From a virus (Duplodnaviria; Caudoviricetes), in the IMG/VR virus record IMGVR_UViG_2828164553_000001, positions 1 through 64,000 of that record: a DNA stretch of 64,000 nucleotides; one strand, given 5' to 3'. The stretch's first letter is position 1. Every line of letters starts with the position of its first letter. The notes beneath the pieces were generated by a model. That model was not told the origin of the DNA. It saw nothing but the letters and a program-made list of their open reading frames with translations, and did not search any database. The translations under genes and the position numbers were made by a program. This document shows positions 9,666-19,584 of the stretch, piece after piece.

Positions 9666-10133
9666 ATGAGCGGATTCACTGCCACCGGTACCACCAGCGC
9701 CACGCCTGATGCGATCGCCAATGCGCCGTTCTGGCCGGCGATCGCACCGGCCGATGTGCGGGCGAGCATGCGCCTGGATGGCACCGTTACCGATGCACGT
9801 CTGCGCCAGGCCATCGTCGCTGCCATGTTGGCGGTCAACGATGAACTCCAGACCTGGGCGCAGACGCAGCAGGCCGCTGGCTGGGCTGCGTTGGCCGATG
9901 TACCCAGCACCACCGTCGACGGCATCTCGCGCCGCGTGCAGCTGTATTTGCGCGCCGTTGCGTGTGCCACCGCTGTCGAGGTGGCAGAGCGTTACCGCAG
10001 CTTTGACGCCACTGACAGCGCGAACCAGCGCGCTGACGACCTGTCACCGAGCATCACCGAGCTACGCCGCGACCAACGCTGGGCCGTGCGCGATCTGCAG
10101 AACCTGCCGCGCAGCACGGTGGAGCTCATCTGA
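9666..10133 (+). CDS. Head completion protein (gpL)
   Basis: FWPAI, YLRAV, STVELI C-terminus; synteny. Confidence 0.9.
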   Translation: MSGFTATGTTSATPDAIANAPFWPAIAPADVRASMRLDGTVTDARLRQAIVAAMLAVNDELQTWAQTQQAAGWAALADVPSTTVDGISRRVQLYLRAVACATAVEVAERYRSFDATDSANQRADDLSPSITELRRDQRWAVRDLQNLPRSTVELI

Positions 10134-10342
10134 TGCGCGTGCACGCCATGCAAGGCGACACCGTCGACCTACTGTGCTGGCGCCACCTGGGCAGCACGAC
10201 CGGCCTGGTCGAGCGCACCTATCTCCTCAATCCCGGCCTGGCCGAACTGGGCGCCGTGCTGCCGCATGGCACGCCAGTGGAGTTGCCCGAGGTAACCACC
10301 ACCACAGCGGCGATGACGCCGCTTGTGCAGCTATGGGACTGA
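10133..10342 (+). CDS. Tail protein X
   Basis: AMQGDTVDLLCWRHLG...VQLWD. Confidence 0.92.
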   Translation: MRVHAMQGDTVDLLCWRHLGSTTGLVERTYLLNPGLAELGAVLPHGTPVELPEVTTTTAAMTPLVQLWD

Positions 10343-10346
10343 TCTG

Positions 10347-10703
10347 ATGACCGAACCCACCTCCGTATCGAGCGGCTTTTTGATCGCCACCGGTGTGGGC
10401 CTTGCCTCCGTGCTGCCTGGCATCGACGGCGATGCGCTGATCGGCGCGTTTGCTGGCGGCGCGCTGTTTGTCGTGTCTGCCGCCAAGCAACCGCTGCTGG
10501 CTCGGCTGATCTATTTCCCGGTGAGCGTGATCGCCGGTTACCAGCTGGCGCCGGAGATCCTGCGCTGGTTGCCCATCAAGTCCAGTGGCGTGGCCGCCTT
10601 CGCCAGCGCGGCGTGCGCCATCACGGTGACGCTGGGCCTGATCGAAAAGAGCAAGTCCTTTGACTTTTCCTTCCTACGTCGTGGAGGTCCGCCCAGTGCA
10701 TAG
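10347..10703 (+). CDS. Putative holin
   Basis: Several TM segments, LIGAFAGG; lysis cassette position. Confidence 0.75.
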   Translation: MTEPTSVSSGFLIATGVGLASVLPGIDGDALIGAFAGGALFVVSAAKQPLLARLIYFPVSVIAGYQLAPEILRWLPIKSSGVAAFASAACAITVTLGLIEKSKSFDFSFLRRGGPPSA

Positions 10704-10971
10704 CCTGGTCACCGTCCTGACGTTGATGGCCTCGCTGGCCATCTGCGTCCGCCTGCTTACCTATCACCGCCCGGTCGATGCGCGCCATCGACGCGGCGCG
10801 GGCTGGTGCGCGTGGTTGCTGATCGCCAGCACCGGCGGCCAGGCACTGCACATCCTGCTGGCCGGCGCCGGCTCGCAAGTCAGTCTTTGGCACCTGGGCA
10901 CGCTGATCGTGCTGGCGGTGCTCACCTACCGCGCCCAGGGCAATGTGGCGCGCATCCTGAAGGTCGATTGA
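10696..10971 (+). CDS. Second holin-family membrane protein
   Basis: Three hydrophobic segments; GNVARIL C-terminus. Confidence 0.75.
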   Translation: MHSLVTVLTLMASLAICVRLLTYHRPVDARHRRGAGWCAWLLIASTGGQALHILLAGAGSQVSLWHLGTLIVLAVLTYRAQGNVARILKVD

Positions 10972-11609
10972 TGTTCACCGATACCCAGCTCGCCTCGATC
11001 ATGCAGTGCTCGCCGCAACGCGCCCAGCGCTGGCACAGCCCGCTGCTTGCCGCCGCCAACCGCTTCGGCATCACCACCAAGCGCCGCGCCGCGCACTGGC
11101 TCGGCCAGGTCGGCCACGAAAGCCTGAGCCTGTCGCGCATGGAAGAAGGGCTGACCTACACCACCAGCGCACGGCTGCTGGAAGTGTTCGGCACACGCAT
11201 CACACCGGCCCAGGCGCCCAAGTTCCTGCGCAACCCGGTCGGCCTGGCCAACTTCGTCTACGCCGACCGTCTGGGCAATGGCAACGAAGCCAGCGGCGAT
11301 GGCCACCTCTTCCGGGGCCGTGGCCCGATGCAGCACACGTTCCGGGGCAACTACCGCCGCATCGGTGTGCTGATCGGGTTGCCGGTGGAAGAACAGCCCG
11401 ACCTGCTGCTGCAGATAGAGCCGAGCGCCCTGGGTGCGGCGGCGTACTGGCACGACAACGGCCTTAACGTGCTGGCCGATGCCGGCGACGTGCTGGGCCT
11501 GGGCCGCAAGATCAACTTGGGCAACGTGCGCGCCAAGCGCTTGCCCGAAGGCCATAGCGATCGCGTCATGCGCACGCAGCGCGCCCTGCAGATCCTGGGC
11601 GTGCCCTGA
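10971..11609 (+). CDS. Endolysin, glycoside hydrolase family 19
   Basis: WLGQVGHES, FRGRGPMQHTFRGNY. Confidence 0.92.
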   Translation: MFTDTQLASIMQCSPQRAQRWHSPLLAAANRFGITTKRRAAHWLGQVGHESLSLSRMEEGLTYTTSARLLEVFGTRITPAQAPKFLRNPVGLANFVYADRLGNGNEASGDGHLFRGRGPMQHTFRGNYRRIGVLIGLPVEEQPDLLLQIEPSALGAAAYWHDNGLNVLADAGDVLGLGRKINLGNVRAKRLPEGHSDRVMRTQRALQILGVP

Positions 11610-12097
11610 TGGTCACGCGCCTGATCATCTTGCTGGCGCTGATTGCAGTGCTCGTCGGCAGCTGCGTGTGGCAGGAGCAACGCGTCAGCGCAGCGCTGCA
11701 AGACCGCGATGCAGCGCTGCAGGCCAAGCGCCAGGCCGAAGCGGAACGCGACAGCGCTAGAGGTTCCACCACCGTCGTGACGCAGTACGTCGACCGCGTG
11801 CAGATCGTGCGCGAAGCCGGCGCCACCATCACCCGCGAGATCCCGATCTATGTCACCCAGAAAGCTGACGCTGCTTGCGCTATCCCTGCTGGCTTTGTCC
11901 GGCTGCATGACGCCGCCGCCACGGGCAACCCTGCCGGGCCGGCCACCGGAAATCCTGATGCGCCGGCCGCCGGCATTACGCTCTCTGGCATTGCCGGTAC
12001 CGTCGCCGACAACTACACCAGCTGTCACGCCACCGCCACGCAACTGAGCGCGCTGCAGGACTGGATCGACCTGCACGCACCGGAGCCGGCGCCATGA
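11609..12097 (+). CDS. i-spanin (Rz/LysB-like)
   Basis: N-terminal TM, coiled coil, CAIPAGFVRLHDAA. Confidence 0.8.
   Translation: MVTRLIILLALIAVLVGSCVWQEQRVSAALQDRDAALQAKRQAEAERDSARGSTTVVTQYVDRVQIVREAGATITREIPIYVTQKADAACAIPAGFVRLHDAAATGNPAGPATGNPDAPAAGITLSGIAGTVADNYTSCHATATQLSALQDWIDLHAPEPAP
11850..12047 (+). CDS. Embedded o-spanin lipoprotein (Rz1-like)
   Basis: LALSGC lipobox, Pro-rich, in another frame within the i-spanin. Confidence 0.65.
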   Translation: MSPRKLTLLALSLLALSGCMTPPPRATLPGRPPEILMRRPPALRSLALPVPSPTTTPAVTPPPRN

Positions 12098-12513
12098 TCA
12101 AGCCAGCGAGCCTGCGTGCCCATCTGGTCGCGGCATTGCCGGATCTGGCACGCGATGCCGATCGGCTGCTGGTGTTTATCGATGCAGGCAGCCTGGTCAG
12201 CACGTTCCAGCCAGGGCTGTCGTTCGAGTACCAATACACGCTCAACCTGATCTTGACCGACTACGCCGGCCATCCCGACAGCGTGATGCTGCCGCTGCTG
12301 GAATGGGTGCAGGTCAATCAATCCGAGCTGCTATCCAATCCCACACGACGCGGCGACATCGCCTTCGAGGCCGACATCCTCGCCAACGACGCGGTGGATC
12401 TGTCGATCAAGTTGCCGCTGACCGAACGCGTCGTGGTGACGGCAAAGGATGGCGGCGGCTATGACATGACCCATGCGCCCGAGCCGGTGATCGATCCGAC
12501 ATGGATGAGCTGA
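12094..12513 (+). CDS. Tail completion protein (gpR)
   Basis: KPASLRAHL, SFEYQYTL, LPLTERV. Confidence 0.92.
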   Translation: MIKPASLRAHLVAALPDLARDADRLLVFIDAGSLVSTFQPGLSFEYQYTLNLILTDYAGHPDSVMLPLLEWVQVNQSELLSNPTRRGDIAFEADILANDAVDLSIKLPLTERVVVTAKDGGGYDMTHAPEPVIDPTWMS

Positions 12514-12950
12514 CCGCGCTGGAGAACTGGGCCGCGCCCTTGCTGGCGCGCCTGCAGCCTGGCGAACGCCGCACGCTGGCACGCAAGATCGGAACGGAAC
12601 TGCGGCGCTCGCAAAGCCAGCGCATCAGTAAACAGCAGGCGCCTGACGGTTCGCCGTACGCCCCGCGCAAGCAGCAGCTGCGACAGAAGTCCGGCCGGGT
12701 CAAACGCGCCAAGATGTTTGCCAAGCTGCGGCAGGCCAAGTACTTCAAGGTCAGCGCCAGCCCCAATGCTGCAAGCGTTGGATTTGTGGGCCGCGTGTCG
12801 CGGATTGCGCGCGTGCATCAAGAGGGACTGACTGAGCAAGTGCGGCCTGGTGGCCCAAGGGCACGTTACGAGAAACGAGTGCTACTGGGAATAACTGCCA
12901 ACGACCATGAGCAGATCCGCGCCATGCTCATCGAGCATTTGAGCCGGTAA
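12501..12950 (+). CDS. Tail completion/morphogenesis protein (gpS)
   Basis: QQAPDGSPYAPRK, IARVHQEG. Confidence 0.92.
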   Translation: MDELTALENWAAPLLARLQPGERRTLARKIGTELRRSQSQRISKQQAPDGSPYAPRKQQLRQKSGRVKRAKMFAKLRQAKYFKVSASPNAASVGFVGRVSRIARVHQEGLTEQVRPGGPRARYEKRVLLGITANDHEQIRAMLIEHLSR

Positions 12951-13004
12951 GCGCGCGTCCTACGTGGCGAGTCCGTTGGCTTGCGGCCATCGCGAAGGGA
13001 CGCT
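12947..13004 (+). promoter_or_regulatory. Ogr-type late promoter for the J-I-H module
   Basis: GTAA-N9-CTAC, then GACGCT at the same 35-nt spacing. Confidence 0.55.
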
Positions 13005-13031
13005 AGACGCGTCCTCTTATCTGCTCGCCAC

Positions 13032-13922
13032 ATGGCCTCCTTCACCGCCGTCGATCTATCGAAACTTCAAGCTCCAGACCTGATCGAGGCGCTGGACTTC
13101 GAGACGATTTTTTCCGATGCGCTTGCGCAATTCCGCAGGCTGATGCCGGAGTTCTCCGCGCTCACCGAAGCCGATCCGGTCTACAAGATCCTGCAACTGT
13201 TCGCAGCTCGTGAGCTGCTGTTGCGCCAACGCGCCAACGACAAGGCCCAGCAGACGATGCTGGCCTTCGCCACCGGCACCAACCTCGATCACCTCGGCGC
13301 GCTGTTCGGAGTGGCGCGTCTGGTGCTTAATCCGGGGCAACCGGAGACCGGCGTTGCACCGACCTACGAGTCGGACGTGGACTTCCGCCGCCGGATCCAA
13401 CTGGCACCAGAGGGCTTCAGCGTCGCTGGCCCCGAGGGCGCCTACATCTACCACGCGCTCAGCGCAGCGGCCGATGTCATGGACGCCAGTGCCACCAGCC
13501 CCGCACCCGGGCAAGTGCTGGTCACTGTCCAGTCGCGCACTGGCGACGGCACGGCACCCCAGCCATTGCTGGACCAGGTCGCGGCGATCCTCACCAACGA
13601 CGACGTGCGCCCGCTGACCGACAGTGTCACGGTCCAGAGCGCCCAGATCGTCCCGTACGCCATTCGTGGGCGCGTCTACACCTACGCCGGCCCCGACTCG
13701 GCGGTCGTCATGCGCGAGGCGCTGCGCAGCCTGCAGGCGTATCTGGATGAGGCACATCGCATCGGTCGCGACGTACCGGAATCCGCCATCAAGGCCAAGC
13801 TGTTCGCCGATGGTGTGCAGCGCGTCGAGCTGGATTCGCCTGCAGCCGACATTCGGATCAGCCGCACGCAGGCTGCGTACTGCACCGCGATCGACATCGT
13901 GCACGCCGGCATCGATGAGTAA
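13032..13922 (+). CDS. Baseplate protein J
   Basis: DLSKLQAPD, SVAGPEGAYIYHA, VRPLTD. Confidence 0.94.
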   Translation: MASFTAVDLSKLQAPDLIEALDFETIFSDALAQFRRLMPEFSALTEADPVYKILQLFAARELLLRQRANDKAQQTMLAFATGTNLDHLGALFGVARLVLNPGQPETGVAPTYESDVDFRRRIQLAPEGFSVAGPEGAYIYHALSAAADVMDASATSPAPGQVLVTVQSRTGDGTAPQPLLDQVAAILTNDDVRPLTDSVTVQSAQIVPYAIRGRVYTYAGPDSAVVMREALRSLQAYLDEAHRIGRDVPESAIKAKLFADGVQRVELDSPAADIRISRTQAAYCTAIDIVHAGIDE

Positions 13923-14460
13923 CTCCCCGCTGCCGCCGAATGCCACGCCGATGGAGCGCGCCCTGGCCGCTGTCACCGAGCGCCTGGAAGCGATTCCGTT
14001 GCCGTATCCAGACCTGTGGAATCCGGACACATGCCCGGCCGGCCAGCTGCCGTGGCTGGCGTGGACGCTCTCGGTCGATGACTGGAAAGCAGACTGGAGC
14101 GACGCTGTCAAACGCTCGCGCTTGCGCAGCGCCATGGCAATTCAGCGCCGCAAAGGCACCGCCAACAGCGTCCGCATGGTCGTCCAGTCGTTCGGCGGCG
14201 CGGTGGCCATCCGCGAATGGTGGCAGATCGAGCCGCCAGGCGCGCCGCATACCTTCGAGCTCACGCTCACGCTGACCGGCACCGATGGTCAGACCGCGAC
14301 GTCGCGTTTCGTCAATGAAGTCATTGCCGAAGTCGAGCGCACCAAGCCTGTCCGTTCCCACTTCACCTTCACTCAGGGATTCCAAGCAGAAGCCCGCATC
14401 GGCGTGATCGCCGTTGCGCGTCCAGCCGTCTATCGACGGTTGCTCATGGATGCCCAGTAA
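13915..14460 (+). CDS. Tail/baseplate protein I
   Basis: LWNPDTCP..LPWLAW, RKGT, KPVRSH. Confidence 0.94.
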   Translation: MSNSPLPPNATPMERALAAVTERLEAIPLPYPDLWNPDTCPAGQLPWLAWTLSVDDWKADWSDAVKRSRLRSAMAIQRRKGTANSVRMVVQSFGGAVAIREWWQIEPPGAPHTFELTLTLTGTDGQTATSRFVNEVIAEVERTKPVRSHFTFTQGFQAEARIGVIAVARPAVYRRLLMDAQ

Positions 14461-14472
14461 CTGGACCCCGAC

Positions 14473-16272
14473 ATGCCCGGTCTCAAACTCCAAGTCACCA
14501 ATGCCGGCCGTGCCGCGCTGGTCAATGATCCCAACACCGGCACCAACCCCGTGTTGATCAGCCATGTTGGCATCACAAACGCGCCATTCACCGTTTCTGC
14601 CGCATTGACCACGCTGCCAGGCGAAATTAAACGGGTAGCGGCCGTGGGTGGGGCCGTTACTGCCGACGACACGATTCATGTGTCCATTCGTGATGAGTCC
14701 GATGCCGTGTATGACTGCTACGGGTTCGGCCTGTATCTGTCCAACGGCACGCTGTTCGCTGTCTACAGTCAGCCGACGCTTTTACTCGGCAAGGCTGCTG
14801 CCGCCATGTTGCTGCTCGCCCTGGATGCGGTCTTTGTCGACATCGACGTAAAGCAGATCGCCTTCGGCGCAACTAACTTCACCGACCCGGCCGCCACGAC
14901 CGACGTGGCCGGGATCGTCGAGCTAGCGACTGAAGAAGAAGCTGCTGCAGGCAATGACAAGATCCGCGTCATTACCGCATGGCTGTTGAAGAAGATCTTG
15001 GACGCTCGCCTGGGCGCCGGCGCTCCATCCGCGTTCATTCGAGGACTACTCGGGCTGACAAGCGCTGCGCTGCTGCGCACCGCACTCGAACTGAAGGGCG
15101 CAGCCCTTAAGGACGAAGGCGCCGGGAACAATTTGGATGCCGACAAGCTCGACGGGCAGCACGGCACCTACTACCGCGCGTGGGAGAATCTGACTGGCGT
15201 CCCTAACACAGCGACTGCGTGGCCATCGTGGGACCAAGTCGGCAACAAGCCGCAAACCTTCACACCTGCGGACCACTCACACGCCAACTACGTGACCAGA
15301 TCAGGGGACACGATGACCGGACAGCTCACCGTCACGCGTCTGGGAATCAACATCAGCAGCGGCGCACAGGGTGCATTTGACGCCATCGTCTCAAGCGCCG
15401 GCCGCGTGCTCATGCGTGACTACGGTAACGGCACGCCAGTCTTAGATTTCGTCAATAAGGATAATAACGCTTGGGTCGCGGGCCGTATTCGAACAGGCGC
15501 TAACCCGCTCTACCTCGAAACCACACAAATCGCAGTTTCGGGGGCAGGCTCCTTTGCGGGATCGGTGCAAGCAGATAGTTTAGGCTCCGCATCGGGCTAT
15601 TTCATCAGCAAAAGTAACCTCACCGTCCTCGGAGCCGAGGGTGGAGCGAGCATCTGTCTTCGTCCCAATGGCGCTTTCAATTCCACCGCAGAAGCAGTAC
15701 TGAACACGGCAGGCACCCTATCACTGCGCTCGACCGTAAGCCAACCAGGCTACGGCGTCAACAGCTTTGCGTGCCTAAGCTCAGGCAGCTTCGGCGGTGG
15801 TTTTGGGCTGATCGATGGTGGTTACAACATCGGCTTTTGGAGCGAGAACGGTCATCTGCGTATCGGCATGGCGACCAACAACGGGGCGTTGCAGCAGCGC
15901 ATGGGGTTGACCACCTCCGGTGCACTATCAGCCGTCGGGGGCTTTGACTTCGGCTCATCTCGCAAGCTCAAAAACATCATTGGCGCGTTGCCTTATGGCT
16001 TGGCCGAGGTGGAACAAGTCACCACGCTGCTGGGGCGCTACAAAGAACAGTACAACCCGGATGGACGGGTGCGCCTGTTCTTCGATGCAGAGCAGCTGCT
16101 GGAACTGATGCCCGAAACAGTGGACGCGCACGGCGTGAGCTTTGCCGGTGAACTGGTGCCATCGGTCCACATTGATCAGCTCCTGCCGGTCGCATTCAAC
16201 GCCATCAAACAACTGTCCAACGCCGTTCGGCGGCTGCAGGCTGACCTCGCTGACCTCCGACCCATCCACTGA
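14473..16272 (+). CDS. Tail fibre (gpH-like) with C-terminal S74-type intramolecular chaperone
   Basis: LDADKLDG and WDQVGNKP...HSH fibre motifs; SSRKLKNI cleavage-like motif; terminal coiled coil. Confidence 0.85.
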   Translation: MPGLKLQVTNAGRAALVNDPNTGTNPVLISHVGITNAPFTVSAALTTLPGEIKRVAAVGGAVTADDTIHVSIRDESDAVYDCYGFGLYLSNGTLFAVYSQPTLLLGKAAAAMLLLALDAVFVDIDVKQIAFGATNFTDPAATTDVAGIVELATEEEAAAGNDKIRVITAWLLKKILDARLGAGAPSAFIRGLLGLTSAALLRTALELKGAALKDEGAGNNLDADKLDGQHGTYYRAWENLTGVPNTATAWPSWDQVGNKPQTFTPADHSHANYVTRSGDTMTGQLTVTRLGINISSGAQGAFDAIVSSAGRVLMRDYGNGTPVLDFVNKDNNAWVAGRIRTGANPLYLETTQIAVSGAGSFAGSVQADSLGSASGYFISKSNLTVLGAEGGASICLRPNGAFNSTAEAVLNTAGTLSLRSTVSQPGYGVNSFACLSSGSFGGGFGLIDGGYNIGFWSENGHLRIGMATNNGALQQRMGLTTSGALSAVGGFDFGSSRKLKNIIGALPYGLAEVEQVTTLLGRYKEQYNPDGRVRLFFDAEQLLELMPETVDAHGVSFAGELVPSVHIDQLLPVAFNAIKQLSNAVRRLQADLADLRPIH

Positions 16273-16287
16273 TCCATAGGCTGCCCC

Positions 16288-16638
16288 ATGACCAATTCTC
16301 GAATTCGCACACTCGCACCAGGCGTTGACGTTGAGCGCATCGCGGTGGAGTCCCATTTCTTCTACGACCCGTTGACCGGCGTTGCAAACGTCGTTTTCCA
16401 AGGGATGGAGTTCCTGCTGCTCGATGGTGCTGTAAACAAGATGCTGGACGGCCGGGAGCCGCTTACCACCACCTCAGATGCCATCGCGACCCGCACATTT
16501 GCTGCTGGCCTTTCCGATCCTGTGACCAGCCAAGATCTGTCCAATGTCAGCGCTGCCGGCGTGGTCGTGTATCTGAAAGCTGTCTATGACCGCCTCCACA
16601 ACGAGGCAGCTGCGGTCCAGCCACCGGCGGCCGCCTAG
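16288..16638 (+). CDS. Tail-fibre-associated hypothetical protein
   Basis: Follows H in the G (assembly) position. Confidence 0.6.
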   Translation: MTNSRIRTLAPGVDVERIAVESHFFYDPLTGVANVVFQGMEFLLLDGAVNKMLDGREPLTTTSDAIATRTFAAGLSDPVTSQDLSNVSAAGVVVYLKAVYDRLHNEAAAVQPPAAA

Positions 16639-16640
16639 TC

Positions 16641-17315
16641 ATGGCAACGGGCTACCGCTCAGGTGCAGGACTCGACTTTGACGATGTCTTTGACCTCTAC
16701 GTGCAAGGCGATATTGGCGGTGTATCGGGCTACCGCTCCAGCGATGGCAACGATCTGCACCGCCGGTATGCGCCCTTGGCGTTTGGCAGCAGAGCGCCGG
16801 ACGTCGGCTACCGCGACAATGCCGGTTCGGATCTCAGCAACCGTTGGGCGAGAAAGGGAAGCGCCGTCTATTCACTCTCCAACAACGGCGTCCGCTACTA
16901 CGCGAGCAGCCAGGCACTCACGTCCGAAGGCGGTAGCCAGACGGCAAGCGTTTCGTTCTCGATTCGGGCCAATGGCACCTGGGCGATTGGCCTCTCTGGA
17001 AAATCGGTGGGCGGCTCGCCAATCTCCGGAACTTGGCTACCCAACGGGCAACCGGCGAGCAACTATTCTGTGCAGCTAGATTTTGCCGTGTCCTGGCTGC
17101 GTGGCAACCGCAATGGGTCGTCCTCCAACACGGCTGCGAACTACTCTGCGATGACCGGCGATTACAGTTGCAGCATCACGTCCACAGCGCTGTCAGGGTC
17201 TGGCAACGAGTGCTATGGAGAAGGCAAGCTGACGATTCGGATCCGCAACAACGCCACTGGCTATGTTTCTACCACTGCCATTTCCCTCGTCGCTGAAGCA
17301 GTAGGCTTCGCCTGA
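16641..17315 (+). CDS. Putative fibre-tip adhesin
   Basis: Three N-terminal GYR-x(3-4)-D(L/F)-type repeats, then a Ser/Gly/Thr-rich domain. Confidence 0.5.
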   Translation: MATGYRSGAGLDFDDVFDLYVQGDIGGVSGYRSSDGNDLHRRYAPLAFGSRAPDVGYRDNAGSDLSNRWARKGSAVYSLSNNGVRYYASSQALTSEGGSQTASVSFSIRANGTWAIGLSGKSVGGSPISGTWLPNGQPASNYSVQLDFAVSWLRGNRNGSSSNTAANYSAMTGDYSCSITSTALSGSGNECYGEGKLTIRIRNNATGYVSTTAISLVAEAVGFA

Positions 17316-17393
17316 CGCTTGGTCCACCGCATACTGGATCGCAGAGTGCGGCGCGTGCCTTCGCTTGATGGGATACACCCGGCCGCGATCCGT

Positions 17394-17451
17394 GTAGGTC
17401 CGCGTTCTACGCATCAATTCGAGTGCGCCACAGCACGCAGCCGCTGACCAT
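17394..17451 (+). promoter_or_regulatory. Ogr-type late promoter for the V operon
   Basis: TGTAG-N9-CTAC, then GACCAT at 35 nt. Confidence 0.65.
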
Positions 17452-17457
17452 GGCTGC

Positions 17458-18021
17458 ATGGGCACCGCATCCTCCGCGCTAAGTAACACCATTCGCCTTG
17501 GCACCGTCGCCGAGGTGAATCTAGCCACCGCGCGATGCCGCGTGCAGGTCGGCGACATGCTGACCGACTACCTACCCTGGGTGGTCACACTGGCCGGCAC
17601 CACCATCATCTGGTCGGCGCCGGCGATCGGCGAGCAGGTGGTCGTACTGTCACCGGCCGGCGACCTGGCCGATGGCCTGGTGCTACGCGGGCTGTATTCC
17701 GACCAATTCGCAGCGCCTGCCGCCTCTGACACGCTGCACGTGTTGCGCTTTGCCGATGGCGCGCAGCTGCAGTACGACACCGACGCGCACGCACTGCAGG
17801 CCACGTTGCCCAGCGGCGGCACCGCCACGATCACCGCCGATGGCGGCATCACCCTCAACGGTCCGCTGACGGTCAACGGCAACACGCAGATCAACGGCGA
17901 CGCCGGCATCACCGGCACGGCCAAGGTCGACACGGACGTACTCGGCGGTGGGATCAGCCTCAAGAACCACAAGACCACCGGCGTGACTGCCGGCAGCGCT
18001 CTCAGTGGTGGCCCGCAGTGA
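17458..18021 (+). CDS. Baseplate spike (gpV)
   Basis: WSAPAIGEQV, FADGA..YD, ISLKNHKT. Confidence 0.93.
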   Translation: MGTASSALSNTIRLGTVAEVNLATARCRVQVGDMLTDYLPWVVTLAGTTIIWSAPAIGEQVVVLSPAGDLADGLVLRGLYSDQFAAPAASDTLHVLRFADGAQLQYDTDAHALQATLPSGGTATITADGGITLNGPLTVNGNTQINGDAGITGTAKVDTDVLGGGISLKNHKTTGVTAGSALSGGPQ

Positions 18022-18377
18022 TCGGCGTCGATGCCTCTACCGGGCGCGTGATCGAGGGCGAGCAGCATCTGGCGCAGTCGATCGTCTGCATCCTCACCAC
18101 ACCCATCGGCACGCGCGAGCAGCGCCGCGACTTCGGCTCGCTGCTGCCCGAACTGATCGATCAGCCGTTCAACGGCGCCACCCGCACGCTGCTCTACGGC
18201 GCCACCGCCACCGCATTGATGCGCTGGGAACCTCGCCTGCGCCTGACCCACGTCGACCTGGCGCTCGGTGATGCGCCTGGCAGCTTCGTACTGACCATCG
18301 AAGGCGAACGCACCGACGTTGCCCCCGCCAATGCGCGCTCGCGCATGACCATCCCGCTCCGCTTCCGCTCGTCCTGA
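18018..18377 (+). CDS. Baseplate protein W (gp25-like)
   Basis: ILTTPIGTR..RRDFGS, RWEPR. Confidence 0.93.
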   Translation: MIGVDASTGRVIEGEQHLAQSIVCILTTPIGTREQRRDFGSLLPELIDQPFNGATRTLLYGATATALMRWEPRLRLTHVDLALGDAPGSFVLTIEGERTDVAPANARSRMTIPLRFRSS

Positions 18378-18388
18378 TCGAGGAACCT

Positions 18389-19555
18389 ATGTCCACTGCC
18401 TACCACCACGGCGTCCGCGTTATCGAAGTCAGCGCGGGCACGCGCACAATTCGCACCGTCTCCACTGCTGTCGTCGGCCTGGTCGCCACGGCATCCGACG
18501 CGGATGAGAAAGTCTTCCCACTGAACAAGGCGGTGTTGATCACCGATGTGCTCGGTGCGATCGCCAGCGCTGGCATCCAGGGCACCTTGCGCGCCACGCT
18601 GCAGGGCATCGCGGACCAGACCAACCCGGTCACCATCGTCGTACGTGTGGCCGAGGACGCTGATGCGGCCAAGACCACCAGCAACGTTATTGGCGAGGTC
18701 AAGTCCAGCGGCTACACCGGTCTGTATGCCTTGCTCGCCGCACAGGCACAGCTTGGCGTGCGCCCGCGCATCCTGGGCGCGCCGGGGCTGGACACACTGG
18801 AGGTGGCAAAGGCGCTGGCGACCATCGCCAAGAAGCTGCGCGCCATGGCATATGTGCGCCCTGTCGCCGATAACGTGGCCGATGCCATTACCTACCGTGG
18901 GCAGTTCGGCGATCGCGAGCTGATGATGATCTGGCCGGACTTCCTGGCCTTCGATACCGCCAGTAGCACCACGAAGGCGGCGTATGCCACCGCACGTGCG
19001 CTCGGCCTGCGCGCCAAGATCGACACTGAGCAGGGCTGGCACAAGAGTCTGTCCAACGTGCCGGTGGCGGGCGTCACCGGCATCTCCAAGGACGTGCACT
19101 GGGATCTGCAGGATCCGGCGACCGATGCGGGCGTGCTCAATGAGGGCGACATCACCACGTTGGTCACGTTCAACGGCCAGCGCTTCTGGGGATCGCGCAC
19201 GTGCGCGGAAGACACGATGTTCGCGTTCGAGACGGCCACCCGCACCGCGCAGATCCTGGCGGACACCATCGCCGAGGGCGTGGCGTTCTACGTCGACAAG
19301 CCGATGCACCCCTCGCTGGTCAAAGACCTGCTGGAAACGATCAACGCCAAGTTCCGCGACCTGAAGTCGTCCGGCTATCTGATCGACGCCAACGCCTGGT
19401 ACGACGGCACGGTCAACAGCGCCACCACGCTGGCCGATGGCGCGCTGCGCATCGACTACGACTACACCCCGGTGCCGCCGCTGGAGAACCTGCAGCTGTA
19501 CCAGAAGATCACCACCAGCTACCTGGCCGACTTCGCCGAACGCGTCAACGCGTAA
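18389..19555 (+). CDS. Tail sheath (FI)
   Basis: YHHGVRVIE, PRILGAPG, GWHKSLSN. Confidence 0.96.
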   Translation: MSTAYHHGVRVIEVSAGTRTIRTVSTAVVGLVATASDADEKVFPLNKAVLITDVLGAIASAGIQGTLRATLQGIADQTNPVTIVVRVAEDADAAKTTSNVIGEVKSSGYTGLYALLAAQAQLGVRPRILGAPGLDTLEVAKALATIAKKLRAMAYVRPVADNVADAITYRGQFGDRELMMIWPDFLAFDTASSTTKAAYATARALGLRAKIDTEQGWHKSLSNVPVAGVTGISKDVHWDLQDPATDAGVLNEGDITTLVTFNGQRFWGSRTCAEDTMFAFETATRTAQILADTIAEGVAFYVDKPMHPSLVKDLLETINAKFRDLKSSGYLIDANAWYDGTVNSATTLADGALRIDYDYTPVPPLENLQLYQKITTSYLADFAERVNA

Positions 19556-19584
19556 CGCACCCGATCTGATTCCCGGAGAACCAT

